Origin: Octopus bimaculoides
Lineage: Eukaryota
Length of the DNA stretch: 64,000 nucleotides
Assembly: GCF_001194135.2 (NCBI RefSeq)
Contig: NC_068995.1
Location: 13,838,508 to 13,902,507 of the forward strand
Reading direction: 5' to 3'
Under the pieces are notes generated by a model. The model was not told the origin of the DNA. It was given only the letters and a program-made list of their open reading frames with translations, and did no database searches. The translations under genes and the position numbers were made by a program. Positions 1-11,255 of the stretch are shown one piece after another (the stretch's first letter is position 1; each line of letters starts with the position of its first letter).

Positions 1-238
1 GGGAAGGCCTGTCTCTCCCAGATCTTGTTGGTTTTGAATTGTCATTTTTTGCTTCTAGATAGGGGTGTTAGCTCTATGCAAACCCATTTTTGTTTTTCCT
101 CTGTGATGTGGTGGTCCTTATTAGTCTGACTTCTATCCTTTGACCTGTCCAGCATGGGATGCCCTTCCAGGAGCTTGTACTTTGCTGGCATAGCTCTCAT
201 GGACATTGTGGAACACAAGCCACCATACTACAGCAAGA
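1..238 (-). mobile_element. 5' end (5'UTR) of an RTE-clade LINE, running off the left edge
   Basis: Reverse complement reads CTTGCTGTAGTATGGTGGCTTGTGTT...GAGAGCTATGCCAGC...GGGCATCCCATGCTGGACAGGTCAAAGGATAGAAGTCAGAC...GGACCAC...GCATAGAGCTAACACCCCTATC. This follows the motif order I recall for RTE/BovB-type 5'UTRs. Confidence 0.65.
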
Positions 239-707
239 ACTGGGCCTTGTGGTTTCCATATGATAATGTAGAAGTATGAGGCAAATAGAATATGTGTTAA
301 TGTAAATTCCTTCAAGAATTAGAATTAGCTTTTGAGAGTTGGAATATAATTGTTTAGTTCTTCTGCTTTCCAAATAAAGCTAGGAATAAGTTTCAAATTT
401 AAAAAAAAACAAATTTAGTTTGTAGTGAAGCAGCAGAGTCTGTGACCTTTGCAGGCTTTCTCTCGAACTAGTGGTGTTCATTTTGAACATCTGGAGGATA
501 AAATGTGAACAGGGCAGAAACTAGGAGGTAGGGCAGGTGGAGGGGTCTGATCAAGAAACAGTGTTTTTAAAAGAGTATATAAATTAACAGAGTAATAATC
601 TTCTAGAAGGTTTATAGTTATGAACCTATAAACTTGATATTTAATAATTAGTAGTGTATATTCTGCATTTATATATCTGTATTTGAGTGGCAGTCTTTTA
701 TAACTAA

Positions 708-890
708 CCACTGAAGAAAAACCAGTAGCACTGGCAGAGAGAACCTTCAAATGCAGTTGCTGTATGTGTGACTACCACTCCTGTGTGGGACTCTACAGCC
801 ACAGCAGATGCTGCACCATCTTCAACAACTGACACGATTTCTTCGGGTGCAGATCTATGGTCTCTCAAGACAGACGGATGCCTACTACTA
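708..890 (+). mobile_element. 3' end of an RTE (BovB-type) LINE with C-terminal Cys/His motif
   Basis: 743-832 translates TFKCSCCMCDYHSCVGLYSHSRCCTIFNN*, resembling the RTE ORF2 terminal FxCxxCxRxCxSRxGLxSHxRxC motif. It is followed by ATGGTCTCTCAAGACAGACGGATGCC and a (TAC)n tail. Confidence 0.8.
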
Positions 891-1404
891 TATATAATTA
901 CTCTTTAATTTTAAATATTTAGTATATCCTATATATGTACAGTATATACAATGTAGGTAGTGGATTGGTGAATGCCAGTAATGGTATGATTGATGGTGTG
1001 GGACGACTAGATAGTGCACATTCCTCAGAACAAGTCCGTGGTTGATGTTAGTCTCAATATCGCTATTGTTACTGATGCTGCTACCCAGATTTACCTATCT
1101 GTCAACTGTCTAAATATAAAGCTAACTGATCTTTAAGATTGTTGCTATTTGACGGTCATCATTTGCAATGTTCATCATTTTGGTCTTCTCCACAGACTCT
1201 CAGATCAATTCTTCATGTATTTTGTTCCAGTTCTGATGTGAGCTGCTATAGGATTTTATCATTTTCAGTGAGCAAGACAGTGTCATCAAGAAAGTCCAGG
1301 TCTTTCAGTCTAGTCTGTAGTTACTATAGTATTTTTATATTGGGTACATTTTCTGTTTTCTTTAGGACAGTCTAATTCCAGTAAGAATGCTAAGATATCA
1401 GAGT

Positions 1405-1570
1405 GCATTTCAGTATTTGTTTTGGCTCTCTGCATTCTGAGTTCAAATCTTAGCAGAATCAGTTTTACTTTTCATCCTGGGTTTTGAAATGGCAAAGTTG
1501 TTAGTGTTAAATAAAATGCCTTTGGTATCTATCTATTCTAGCTGTTTGCATTCTGAGTTCAAATTCTGTT
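1405..1570 (+). mobile_element. SINE family B fragments (degenerate)
   Basis: Two copies of the family-B core GCATTCTGAGTTCAAAT. Confidence 0.55.
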
Positions 1571-1691
1571 GCCTGTTACTGGTCTCATTATGGTAGGAGT
1601 GGTACCTTCAGCACCCAGTTACAGGTGATAAGCCTCAGTTACATCAGTTTCCAAAAATGAGTGGCACTTGAGCAGAATTAATCCTACTTAT

Positions 1692-1935
1692 TCATCATCA
1701 TTTTCATTTAATGTCCACTTTCCTTTGCTTGCATGGGTCTGACGGAATTTGATGAGGCAAATTCTTCTATGTCTGGATGCCTTTCCTGTCACCGACTTTC
1801 ACTTGTTTCTAAGCACAGTAACGGTACCCCCCACCATAATTAGACATGTTTTTCATGGAAGACTAGAAATGAACAACTTCACTTGTATGACAATGATGCT
1901 CATTTACAACCATCATGTGATGTCTAGACAACTGC
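1692..1935 (-). mobile_element. SINE family A tail variant A2 (RTE-like 3' tail)
   Basis: (CAT)n then TTTAATGTCCACTTTCC...GCTTGCATGGGTCTGACGGAATTTG...GGATGCCTTTCCTGTC; matches the reverse complement of the + copies at 12483 and 38055. Confidence 0.8.
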
Positions 1936-1939
1936 GTAT

Positions 1940-1941
<2 letters not shown>

Positions 1942-1996
<55 letters not shown>
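1942..1996. repeat. (CA)n microsatellite running into gap
   Basis: Direct reading. Confidence 0.95.
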
Positions 1997-2296
1997 NNNN
2001 NNNNNNNNNNNNNNNNNNNNNNNNNNNNNNNNNNNNNNNNNNNNNNNNNNNNNNNNNNNNNNNNNNNNNNNNNNNNNNNNNNNNNNNNNNNNNNNNNNNN
2101 NNNNNNNNNNNNNNNNNNNNNNNNNNNNNNNNNNNNNNNNNNNNNNNNNNNNNNNNNNNNNNNNNNNNNNNNNNNNNNNNNNNNNNNNNNNNNNNNNNNN
2201 NNNNNNNNNNNNNNNNNNNNNNNNNNNNNNNNNNNNNNNNNNNNNNNNNNNNNNNNNNNNNNNNNNNNNNNNNNNNNNNNNNNNNNNNNNNNNNNN
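1997..2296. other. Assembly gap
   Basis: N run. Confidence 1.
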
Positions 2297-2316
2297 TTCT
2301 CAGAAACATGATCATA

Positions 2317-2696
2317 GTGGCTGTGTGGTAAGTAGCTTGCTCACCAACCACATGGTTCCTGGTTCAGTCCCACTGCGTGGCACCTTGGGCAAGTGTCTTC
2401 TACTATAGCCTCGGGCCGACCAAAGCCTTGTGAGTGGATTTGGTAGACAGAAACTGAAAGAAGCCAGTCGTATATATATATATGTGTGTGTGTTTGTGTT
2501 TGTCCCCCTAGCATTGCTTGACAACTGCTGCTGGTGTGTTTATGTCCCCGTAACTGAGCGGTTCGGCAAAAGAGACCGATAGAATGAGTACAAGGCTTAC
2601 AAAGAATAAGTCCCGGGGTCGATTTGCTTGACTAAAGGCAGTGCTCCAGCATGGCCGCAGTCAAATGACTGAAACAAATAAGAGTAAAAAGAGTAT
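2317..2696 (+). mobile_element. SINE family A (A1 tail), near full length, low divergence
   Basis: tRNA-like head TGGCTGTGTGG...GGTTCAGTCCC, core GGCAAGTGTCTTCTACTATAGCC...GAAAGAAGCC, TA/TG spacer, tail ending GGCCGCAGTCAAATGACTGAAAC...AGAGTAAAAAGAG; near-identical inverted copy at 28212-28584. Confidence 0.9.
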
Positions 2697-4307
2697 ATAC
2701 TTACTGGTGGGAAGGAGAACTTGAGATCTCTAGAGCTGGTTGTTGAAAGACATATATATATATATATACGAGGTAATTTCACTTCTGCAATTGAATATAC
2801 ATCCAATAAATAAACATAAATAAATTATACAGTTGATGTCAAACATGTGAATGGTTTTGATGATTTTTATGCCATTGGCAGTAATTTATGTAAATAATGC
2901 TTTATTTGTAATAATAGAAATGGTTGAATCTCCATGGGATGCTAAAATTGCTACCTGCTACTACTGCTGCTGCTATAAATACCTTTTGTAAACTATTATC
3001 GCTGCAGTCTGCCAGTGGATGTCAATGGAACTTTTAGTAAATTAACGCCGGCTTTAAATTGACTTTCATCTTGGGTTATTTACACTTCGCTGCCATTCTG
3101 TTGTTGTTGTTGTTTCATGCTTCAGGTCAATTGTGATTGTGCAAATACACGATCAAAGGCATTTCAACTGTGATCAGCTTGTGTTTGATTTAAATGGTGT
3201 TTTTAGAAATACATTATCCAGTGTACGTTACTTTTTCTTAAAGATGGTAAGGTGTTAGTTGAGGTTGATTTGGTTTCTGTTTGTAACAGTTTGAAACCAG
3301 ATAGAGAGGCTCCCTTTTTCTCTCTCATTATCATGCTGTTGTTTGTCATGGCAACTCTATACTGTCTGTTAAGGAATGCATTTTTTCCCACTCTCCCATA
3401 GAATTTAGTATATCAGTGTCAGCCAATGTTTAGATTTAGCATCATGGCAGGAAGTAGGATGAGATATAAAACTACCCTTCTGTGTAGGGTGCTCAATGAT
3501 CTGGTTTCTTGTTACTCACAGTGAAGCGAATTAGACTAAAAAATGCAGTGTACTTTACAAATGCGCAACCTGCAGTAGATTTGATCTCAAGACCTGCAGG
3601 CTGATAACTCATAACCATATCAGCTCAGCTATTTTTTGATTCTATTCCTTGTTAGTGGATGGGGATATATTGCCTGGAAGAAACCTGTGCCTGCTGCATA
3701 CCTTCATGACAAATGCATTTATGATACTATAACACACTTTCATAGCTGTTTTGTAAGGCTGACATTAAATGATGATGATGATTAAACTGTAATATTTACA
3801 CATGTACCCAATATTTACAACAAAAGCACTCCTTGATATAACCAGAACACTCCACCCAGTCATTTCCTCTATAGCAAGAAAACCCCCTCAGCAAGTGATG
3901 CACCAACACTCTAATCCCTTACGTCATTATACTGTCATTACATCAACACTCCTACCAAAGATTTAATACGCTCTGACAGAATGATGACTTGTCACATCAA
4001 GTTTATCTGGTCTTGTTTATATCTCTTGTCAGTTTTTTTTTTCTTTTCCTGGTTTAGTCAGAGGGTGAAGGGCAGCATTTGTGACCCTTTAATTTTTTCA
4101 GGTTCGCTGAGATTGTAGGAAGATGGGAGAAAATTATTCTCAAACTGGAGACCTGGTTCAAAGGATTTCTACAATGAGCTTTTGGATTTCAGAATTTCCA
4201 AAAATTCTGAAATCCCCAAAATTTAGCAGTTATTAACAGCATTTACAAGAAGCCCTCTACCATCAGTATTCATTATAGTCAATCCTAATATATAAATTAT
4301 AAACCAA

Positions 4308-4495
4308 TGAAGGAGCTTTTCTGCAGGCACTTGATCTACTAGAAATAGCAGCCAAATCTCCCTCAAATTGCATGCTGCTGTCTTAGAAAATGACATATTC
4401 AATAATGTGGTTCTAGGTGTACTGTACTTGAGAATATGATAGAATGATCACAGATGAAGCACTTTTGATCATTTGTTAGCTTGATCAAACCTGAG
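4308..4495 (+). mobile_element. Interspersed repeat family E (SINE-like)
   Basis: CTAGAAATAGCAGCCAAATCTCCCTCAAAT core recurs at about 13010, 15205, 17700(-), 32600(-), 34780(-), 44280(-), 57430. Confidence 0.7.
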
Positions 4496-4626
4496 ACACA
4501 TGCACACTTACCTATGAAGTATGGAATATAGAGCTTGACATCAAAAATCCCTTTCAGATGATTGCCAGAAAGGATATCTGGCTATAGAACATTTCAATAA
4601 GTATTTATCCAACCCCTATTATTGGC

Positions 4627-5018
4627 TTTTACTTGTGTTTGTTGGGCTGTGACCAAGCTTGGGTACCGACTTTAAGAATTTTAGTTGAAAACATTTTTTT
4701 TTTAAGTTCTTTTTTAGACTTATTCTGTTGGTCTCTTTTGTCAAACTGCTAAGTTATTGGGGCATAAACAAACCAGCACTAGTTGTCAAGCAGCGGTGAA
4801 TGAGACACATACACATATGTATTGTTTGTGTACACGCACACACACACACACGCAATGATCTTCCTCACATTTTCTGTCTACCAAATTCACTCACAAGGTA
4901 TTTGTCTATCTGGAGCTATTGTAGAAGACACTTGTTCAAGGTGCTGAGCACTGGGATTGAACCCAAAACCATGTGATTGCAAAGCGAGCTTCCTAACCAC
5001 ATGGCTATGCCTGTGCCT
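4627..5018 (-). mobile_element. SINE family A (A1)
   Basis: Reverse complement of the 2317 element, from tail through head (GAAGACACTTGTTCAAGGTGC...GAACCC...AACCACATGG). Confidence 0.8.
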
Positions 5019-5436
5019 ATCAAGGAAGCAGAAAATGTGCACCAAATAGATAAAGTAATTAATTATTTGTAATCTGGTTTGGGCCTGTGTCAGCAGGATG
5101 TCTTACCTGGTTATACAAATTAGTCATCATACTAAACATACTTATTAAATCATCTGACAAACATAAAAATAAATGACCTGCAATAAAATATATGAAAAAT
5201 GTTTTCAACCACGCCAAACCTAATTCCATTAGTCACCGATACCAATATAAACATTAACACAAGCCTAACACCTGTAAACAAGCTGCAACAAATTAAAATA
5301 TTACAAACAAGTACAGGCAGATAACTATCAGCCAGTGAGGGATTGTCTGTATGGTTATGCAATCTGTGAGAAACAGCAACCAAATTATCTTCATATCACA
5401 CCTTATTTCTTAAATAAAGGAGTGACACTATAAGGT

Positions 5437-5645
5437 AGGGCAGCAAATAGGCAGAATCATTAGCATGGTGGATCAAATGCTTAGCATTTCTTCTGGTTTT
5501 ATGTTCCAAGTTCAAATGCTGCCTAAGTCAGTTTTTGCTCTTTGGTCCTTTTGGGGTAGATGAAATAAGTGCCAGTTGAGCCGTGGGGTTGATGTAATTG
5601 ACTTACCCCTTTTCTGGCCCTGTGCTAAAAATTAGAATATAATCA
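5437..5645 (+). mobile_element. SINE family B
   Basis: GGCAGAATCATTAGCA...GTTCAAAT...GAAATAAGTGCCAGTTGAGC...GGGGTTGATGTAATTGACTTACCCC. Confidence 0.75.
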
Positions 5646-6411
5646 TTGTGAAGGTGCATAGCTTAGTGGTTTGGGTGTTCAACTCCTGGTTGTAAGGTTT
5701 ACCACTCGGCTATGCCGTGTCGCTCATTGATACTTAGAAAGATTGGGTCTTTAATGGTTACATGTATGAGTAGTAGACATTACTCAGTGAAACCCAGTGT
5801 AGGATACTCATCATTTGTGTTGGTGCAGCTGTGACACATGTAAACATCTTTCATAAGAAAGACGCCTGACTGATAAAGGTGGAGTCTTTCGCCAATCTTC
5901 ATTCTCTTCCCTACAGACACTGACTTTTTTTACTGCAGCTGCTTCTGTGCTTCTATGTTTCCACCAAAACCCACATGACATGCTCGTTTCTCCTCTTCTT
6001 ACCCTACTTCAGTCTTTGTATTTAAATCTGTTTTTTTCCCTCCAAGATGTTGAAATTTTTCTCTTTGCCTGTGCTTTTCTTGCAGTCATCGATAGCTTCA
6101 AGTTTAAAAAATAAGTACTGGGATTGATTTGTTTGATTAAACTCTAACATGGCCGCAGTCAATTGACTAAAGTAAATGATAAAAGATTTTAGGAAACTAT
6201 AAGCAAATTCCTCTTTAGTGGTGAGACTGATACCCTATCCTGTGTCTGTAATTCTATAGATATACTTACATACATACTTCCATTTACATTTGCAGGCAAT
6301 CTTTGACATATATAAAAACAAACAAACAAAAAAAAAAACCAGAAATAGATTTTCTTCTTATTCAGGAATTTGTTGTCTTAGATTTGCAGCTTATTTACAC
6401 ATTTATTTTGT

Positions 6412-7132
6412 TGTTTGGCAGAATCGTTAGCATGCTGGGCAAATTGCTTAGCAACATTTTGTCCATCTGTTGACTTTGCTTTTCATTCTTTTGGGGTCAA
6501 TAAAATAAGTACCAGTCGAGCACTAGGGTCGATGTGATCGACTTGCACCCTCCCCCAAAATTTCAGGTCTTGTGCATGTAGCAGAAATATTTATTTTTAT
6601 GGTCTACTTTGCTTTTTATCTTTTTGAGGTTGATAAAATAAGTACCAGCTGAACACTGGGGTTGATGTAATTGACTTCCCCCACCCCTAAAAATTGCTGG
6701 CCTTGTACCAAAATTTGAAACCATCATCATCATTATCATCATTATTATTCAAATTCTGCTGAGGTTGACTTTACCTTTCATACCTTTCATACGGTTGGTC
6801 AAATAAGTACCAGTCGAGTACTGGGGTTGATGTAATCAACTATCCTCCTCTCTATCAAATTTCAGGTTTTGTGCCTGTAGCAGAAAGGGTTATTATTATA
6901 TAATTAAAGGTGGTGAGCTGGCGGAATCGTTAGTGCACTGGGCGAAATGCTGAGCAGTATTTGGCCCATCACTGCATTCTGAGTTCAAATTGCACTGAGG
7001 TCGACTTTACCTTTCCTCCTTTCGGGGTCGATAAATTATCAGTTGAGTATTGGGGTAAATGTAATCGACTGTCCCTGCTTCCCCCAAATTTCAGGCCTTG
7101 TGCCTATAATAGAAAGGATTATTATTATTATA
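6412..7132 (+). mobile_element. Head-to-tail array of about four family-B SINE units separated by (ATT)n tails
   Basis: Repeated AATAAGTACCAG...CTGGGGTCGATGTAATCGAC...AAATTTCAGG units; the last unit starts AAGGTGGTGAGCTGGCGGAATCGTTAG at about 6907. Confidence 0.85.
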
Positions 7133-7458
7133 TACCTCAGATCAGCTTTAGGTTCTGTATCATCTGAATTTTAAGTCTGTGATTTGATCATTTCCCAAAC
7201 AGCGCATATGGTACTGCCTCTCCACCAGATATGTTACATTTAGTTCTGAAAGAGCAACTAACTGCTTTGTAAGAGTTTTATTTTATATAGAGGGAGAATC
7301 AAATTTCAGTAGAGAGTTGACTATATTTGACTTCATAATAGATGCTATTTCTCTGGATTATTAATAATATATTTTATTAATTTCTTCTCTGGTACACTTA
7401 TACTAGATCTACACTTGCACACATGTGCACTGAATCGAATGAACTTCCACACATTCTT

Positions 7459-7501
<43 letters not shown>

Positions 7502-8189
7502 CTGAAGTGTATGCATATTCATTCTTGTACATACACATACACAACCACCATGTGAACAGTCACATTGTATACACACTTACATAACCACTCACCATATTAT
7601 TGCACATGCACACATACACACACATGCCTACTGAGATGAATTTTTTGATGCTTCTTGTTTATACTCATAGTATCTCATACATATTGATATTTTTTGTGTA
7701 AACACACACACGTATCACATGCTTATACATACAGCCATGTATTTATAAATAAATGAATGCATTTTTAAAAGATCAGGAAGTAGAAATAACAAACTGATTT
7801 TAATGAAAAAAAAAAAAAATAGCAAAAATACTTTTGCAAGATTTTAAAATATTTATTTTATGAAATTTTATATCCAATAAATTTTCTTCAGCTATAAAAG
7901 AAATGGATTGGGGCAAAATGGTTATAATTGCACACTGGTATGCATGGTTAAGATGTTTGTTTTGCAGCCTTGTGGTTTTAGATTCAGTTCCACTGCACAC
8001 CACATTGTGATTGAAATCTAGTAGCCAGAAACTATTCGGAGGTCTGTTGTGTGCAAAATCGGTGCAACAAACAAAATACATGTGGTGTTTATTCTCTCAA
8101 ACTTTTTTGTTTTCTTAAATGCTAACTAGAACAAAGTAAGGGAATTCAGCTATTCAATAAATAAAAGGGCTGCTAGAAGAATATTACCC

Positions 8190-8530
8190 AATGGGGTGTG
8201 CAGATCAGAGATTAGGGAGTTTCTCAAGGTTGAGCCATTACTTCCTTCACTGTATTGAGAGGTCACATGGCTCTGATACTATGAACATGGTTAGAATGTT
8301 TGAGTCAAAAATTGCAGGGTTGATTTTCACAGGCAAGACCAACTGGTAGCTCTACTCCTAGGAGTAGACCATGGGAGAGCTGGTTGAATAATGTCCATAG
8401 TATCGGTTGCTCTCATTTGGGCACTTGGCTGGAACGCTTGCCAATGATTCCTTTGGATAGGACACTCTGGATGGCATGCCTTAGATCTGTGACTCCACAA
8501 CCCTTAGAAGAATAGTGGCCTATGAAAGCA
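8190..8530 (+). mobile_element. Degenerate 3' end of RTE-clade (Expander-like) LINE ORF2
   Basis: With frameshifts reads NGVCRSEIREFLKVEPLL...IERS...VRMFESKIAGLIF...RPTGSSTPRSRPWESWLNNV...LDRTLWMACLRSVTPQPLEE*. This parallels the RTE C-terminus EIREELGVEPLLLRIERSQLRW.GH..RM...RPRGRP..RW. Confidence 0.8.
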
Positions 8531-8539
8531 GAATCCTCA

Positions 8540-8975
8540 TCATTTAATGCCCACTGTTCCATGTGTGCATGGGTGAGATGGAATTTGTTGAGGTAGGTTT
8601 TCTACAGCTGGATACTCTTCCTGTGACCAATCCTCATCTGTTTCCAAGCAAGATAATATTTTCTCACAGCTAGACATCTTCATGGAAGACTGGAAACAAA
8701 ACATTGCTTGAATTACAGTGATGCTTATTTACATTCCTCATGTAATGTCAAAACAAAGGTACACACAAACATATGTGCACACACCTACATACTATACATA
8801 TATATTTGTATGACGGCCTTCTTCCAGTTTCCATCTACCAAATTCACTCACAAGCTTTGGTCAGCCCAGGGCTTTAGTTGAAGACACTTATGCAAGGTGC
8901 TGTGCAGTGGCACTGAACCCAAGACTCTATGGTTAGGAAGCAAACTTCTCAACCATGCAGCTATATCAGTGCCTA
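8540..8975 (-). mobile_element. SINE family A with A2 tail, near full length
   Basis: Tail (TCATCATTTAATGCCCAC...) through core CTACCAAATTCACTCACAAG and head GAAGACACTTATGCAAGGTGC...GAACCC. Confidence 0.8.
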
Positions 8976-9364
8976 ATGCCAATACCTCAATAGATGGAAG
9001 TAAACAGATATCAGTAAAGTAAGCACTAGGAAAAGTACTGGGACCTATATGGAGCAACTAAAAGATCTTGAGGGGTGTGACCCTCCCCCAGCAAGGTCAC
9101 AGTTCAGAGACTGGAATCAGTGAATGATTAACTGTACAGTAAAACTATGTATGAGATGTTTTAGTTCAGTATATTTTCAGATCAGACTGACTTGTTACTG
9201 CTATCTGTTATTCTGTGCTTTAGTGAAGGAAAGCATCTCAAACATACCTTATAGCTGAAACCCTAAACTTACCTTCATCTCGTCTAAAATTGCCTTCAAG
9301 TTATGTGTGCATGTAGTATATATTAAACAGGTGTCTGTGTATGTACGTGTATGTGTATTTGCCT

Positions 9365-9444
9365 ATATATATATATATACACATACACACATATATATAT
9401 ATATATATATATCTATATATATATATATATATCATTTAACATCG

Positions 9445-9481
<37 letters not shown>

Positions 9482-9509
9482 TTTAACATCGGTTTTATAT
9501 ATATATATA
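9365..9509. repeat. (TA)n microsatellite with repeated CATTTAACATCGGTTTT insert (47-bp period)
   Basis: Insert at 9433-9449 and 9480-9496. Confidence 0.9.
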
Positions 9510-10276
9510 NNNNNNNNNNNNNNNNNNNNNNNNNNNNNNNNNNNNNNNNNNNNNNNNNNNNNNNNNNNNNNNNNNNNNNNNNNNNNNNNNNNNNNNNNNN
9601 NNNNNNNNNNNNNNNNNNNNNNNNNNNNNNNNNNNNNNNNNNNNNNNNNNNNNNNNNNNNNNNNNNNNNNNNNNNNNNNNNNNNNNNNNNNNNNNNNNNN
9701 NNNNNNNNNNNNNNNNNNNNNNNNNNNNNNNNNNNNNNNNNNNNNNNNNNNNNNNNNNNNNNNNNNNNNNNNNNNNNNNNNNNNNNNNNNNNNNNNNNNN
9801 NNNNNNNNNNNNNNNNNNNNNNNNNNNNNNNNNNNNNNNNNNNNNNNNNNNNNNNNNNNNNNNNNNNNNNNNNNNNNNNNNNNNNNNNNNNNNNNNNNNN
9901 NNNNNNNNNNNNNNNNNNNNNNNNNNNNNNNNNNNNNNNNNNNNNNNNNNNNNNNNNNNNNNNNNNNNNNNNNNNNNNNNNNNNNNNNNNNNNNNNNNNN
10001 NNNNNNNNNNNNNNNNNNNNNNNNNNNNNNNNNNNNNNNNNNNNNNNNNNNNNNNNNNNNNNNNNNNNNNNNNNNNNNNNNNNNNNNNNNNNNNNNNNNN
10101 NNNNNNNNNNNNNNNNNNNNNNNNNNNNNNNNNNNNNNNNNNNNNNNNNNNNNNNNNNNNNNNNNNNNNNNNNNNNNNNNNNNNNNNNNNNNNNNNNNNN
10201 NNNNNNNNNNNNNNNNNNNNNNNNNNNNNNNNNNNNNNNNNNNNNNNNNNNNNNNNNNNNNNNNNNNNNNNNNNNN
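9510..10276. other. Assembly gap flanked by (TA)n
   Basis: N run. Confidence 1.
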
Positions 10277-10332
<56 letters not shown>

Positions 10333-10786
10333 AAGAAAAGTTGTGTGGTTGCATGATTGAGTGTATGTGCATATTTTATCTATTTGTATGGCTTAATGTA
10401 TGCTTGCATGTGTATACATACAGCATGCGTGTGTAGTTTGCAAGAGAAAATTGTTTACCATTTGCTTAGATGTTTATGTATCCCTTTTCTCAGATTGCAA
10501 CCTTTCAACTAAATATATATTTATAATAATTATTCTTTCGTATAAAATATAAACAGAAAGCAGAGAATATTTCTCTACTGAGAAGCATGTTTAATGATAT
10601 TATTCTAAGAATTCAGAAAACCCATAACAAATATAAATATTTTTTGTATAAAAAAAAAAGGCCTTCTCATATTATTTATCATACACAAGTGTGGAAAAAA
10701 GATCAACATGAGGAAAGGAAAACCCTCAACAAAAAAAAAGTTTACTCATTAAAAATCTATTAGGAAAGGTGGAGGAATGATGTGGG

Positions 10787-11135
10787 TATGGCTGTATGGT
10801 TAGGAAACTTGTTTTGGAACCATGTGGTCTTGGGTTCAGTTCTACTGTCTGACATCTCAGGCATGTACCTTCTATAGCCCTGGGTCAATCAATTTCTTGT
10901 GAGATAATTTAGTAGATGAAAAGTGTGTGTGCAATCATGGTGTGTGTTTTCTGTCACCACTTGACTTCCAGTGTTTGTTTGTTTACATCCCCATAGATTT
11001 GCAGTTCAGCAAAAGAGGCCAATAAAATAGGTTTGAAACTTTAAAAATTAGTACTGGGGTTGATTTGTTTGACTGAACCACTTTCAAGGTGGTACCCCAG
11101 CATGGTCAAAGTCCAATGACTAAAACAAGAAAGTG
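10787..11135 (+). mobile_element. SINE family A (A1), degenerate
   Basis: TGGCTGTATGGTTAGG...GGGTTCAGTTCTAC...GGTACCCCAGCATGGTCAAAGTCCAATGACTAAAAC. Confidence 0.8.
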
Positions 11136-11210
11136 TGAGATAAATAAAATTCTAGTATTTCTGTGAGATGTGCTAAGTTGTAGAATAATTTGTGAACTTT
11201 TTATGACATT

Positions 11211-11211
11211 C

Positions 11212-11248
<37 letters not shown>
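11211..11248. repeat. (AAT)n microsatellite
   Basis: Direct reading. Confidence 0.95.

Positions 11249-11255
<7 letters not shown>

Noticed and set aside
4080-4180. TTTTTTCAG acceptor followed by a short open frame (FAEIVGRWEKIILKLETWFKGFLQ*)
   Set aside because: No homology, no clear donor, terminates after 24 codons.
5865-5905. CTGATAA...TTTCGCC, reminiscent of a Penelope-type hammerhead ribozyme
   Set aside because: CTGA and GAAA cores are not on the same strand in the required order.
6412-7132. Regularly recurring conserved units resembling a CRISPR-like array
   Set aside because: Units are 150-220 bp diverged SINE copies found throughout the window, in a eukaryotic context with no cas genes.
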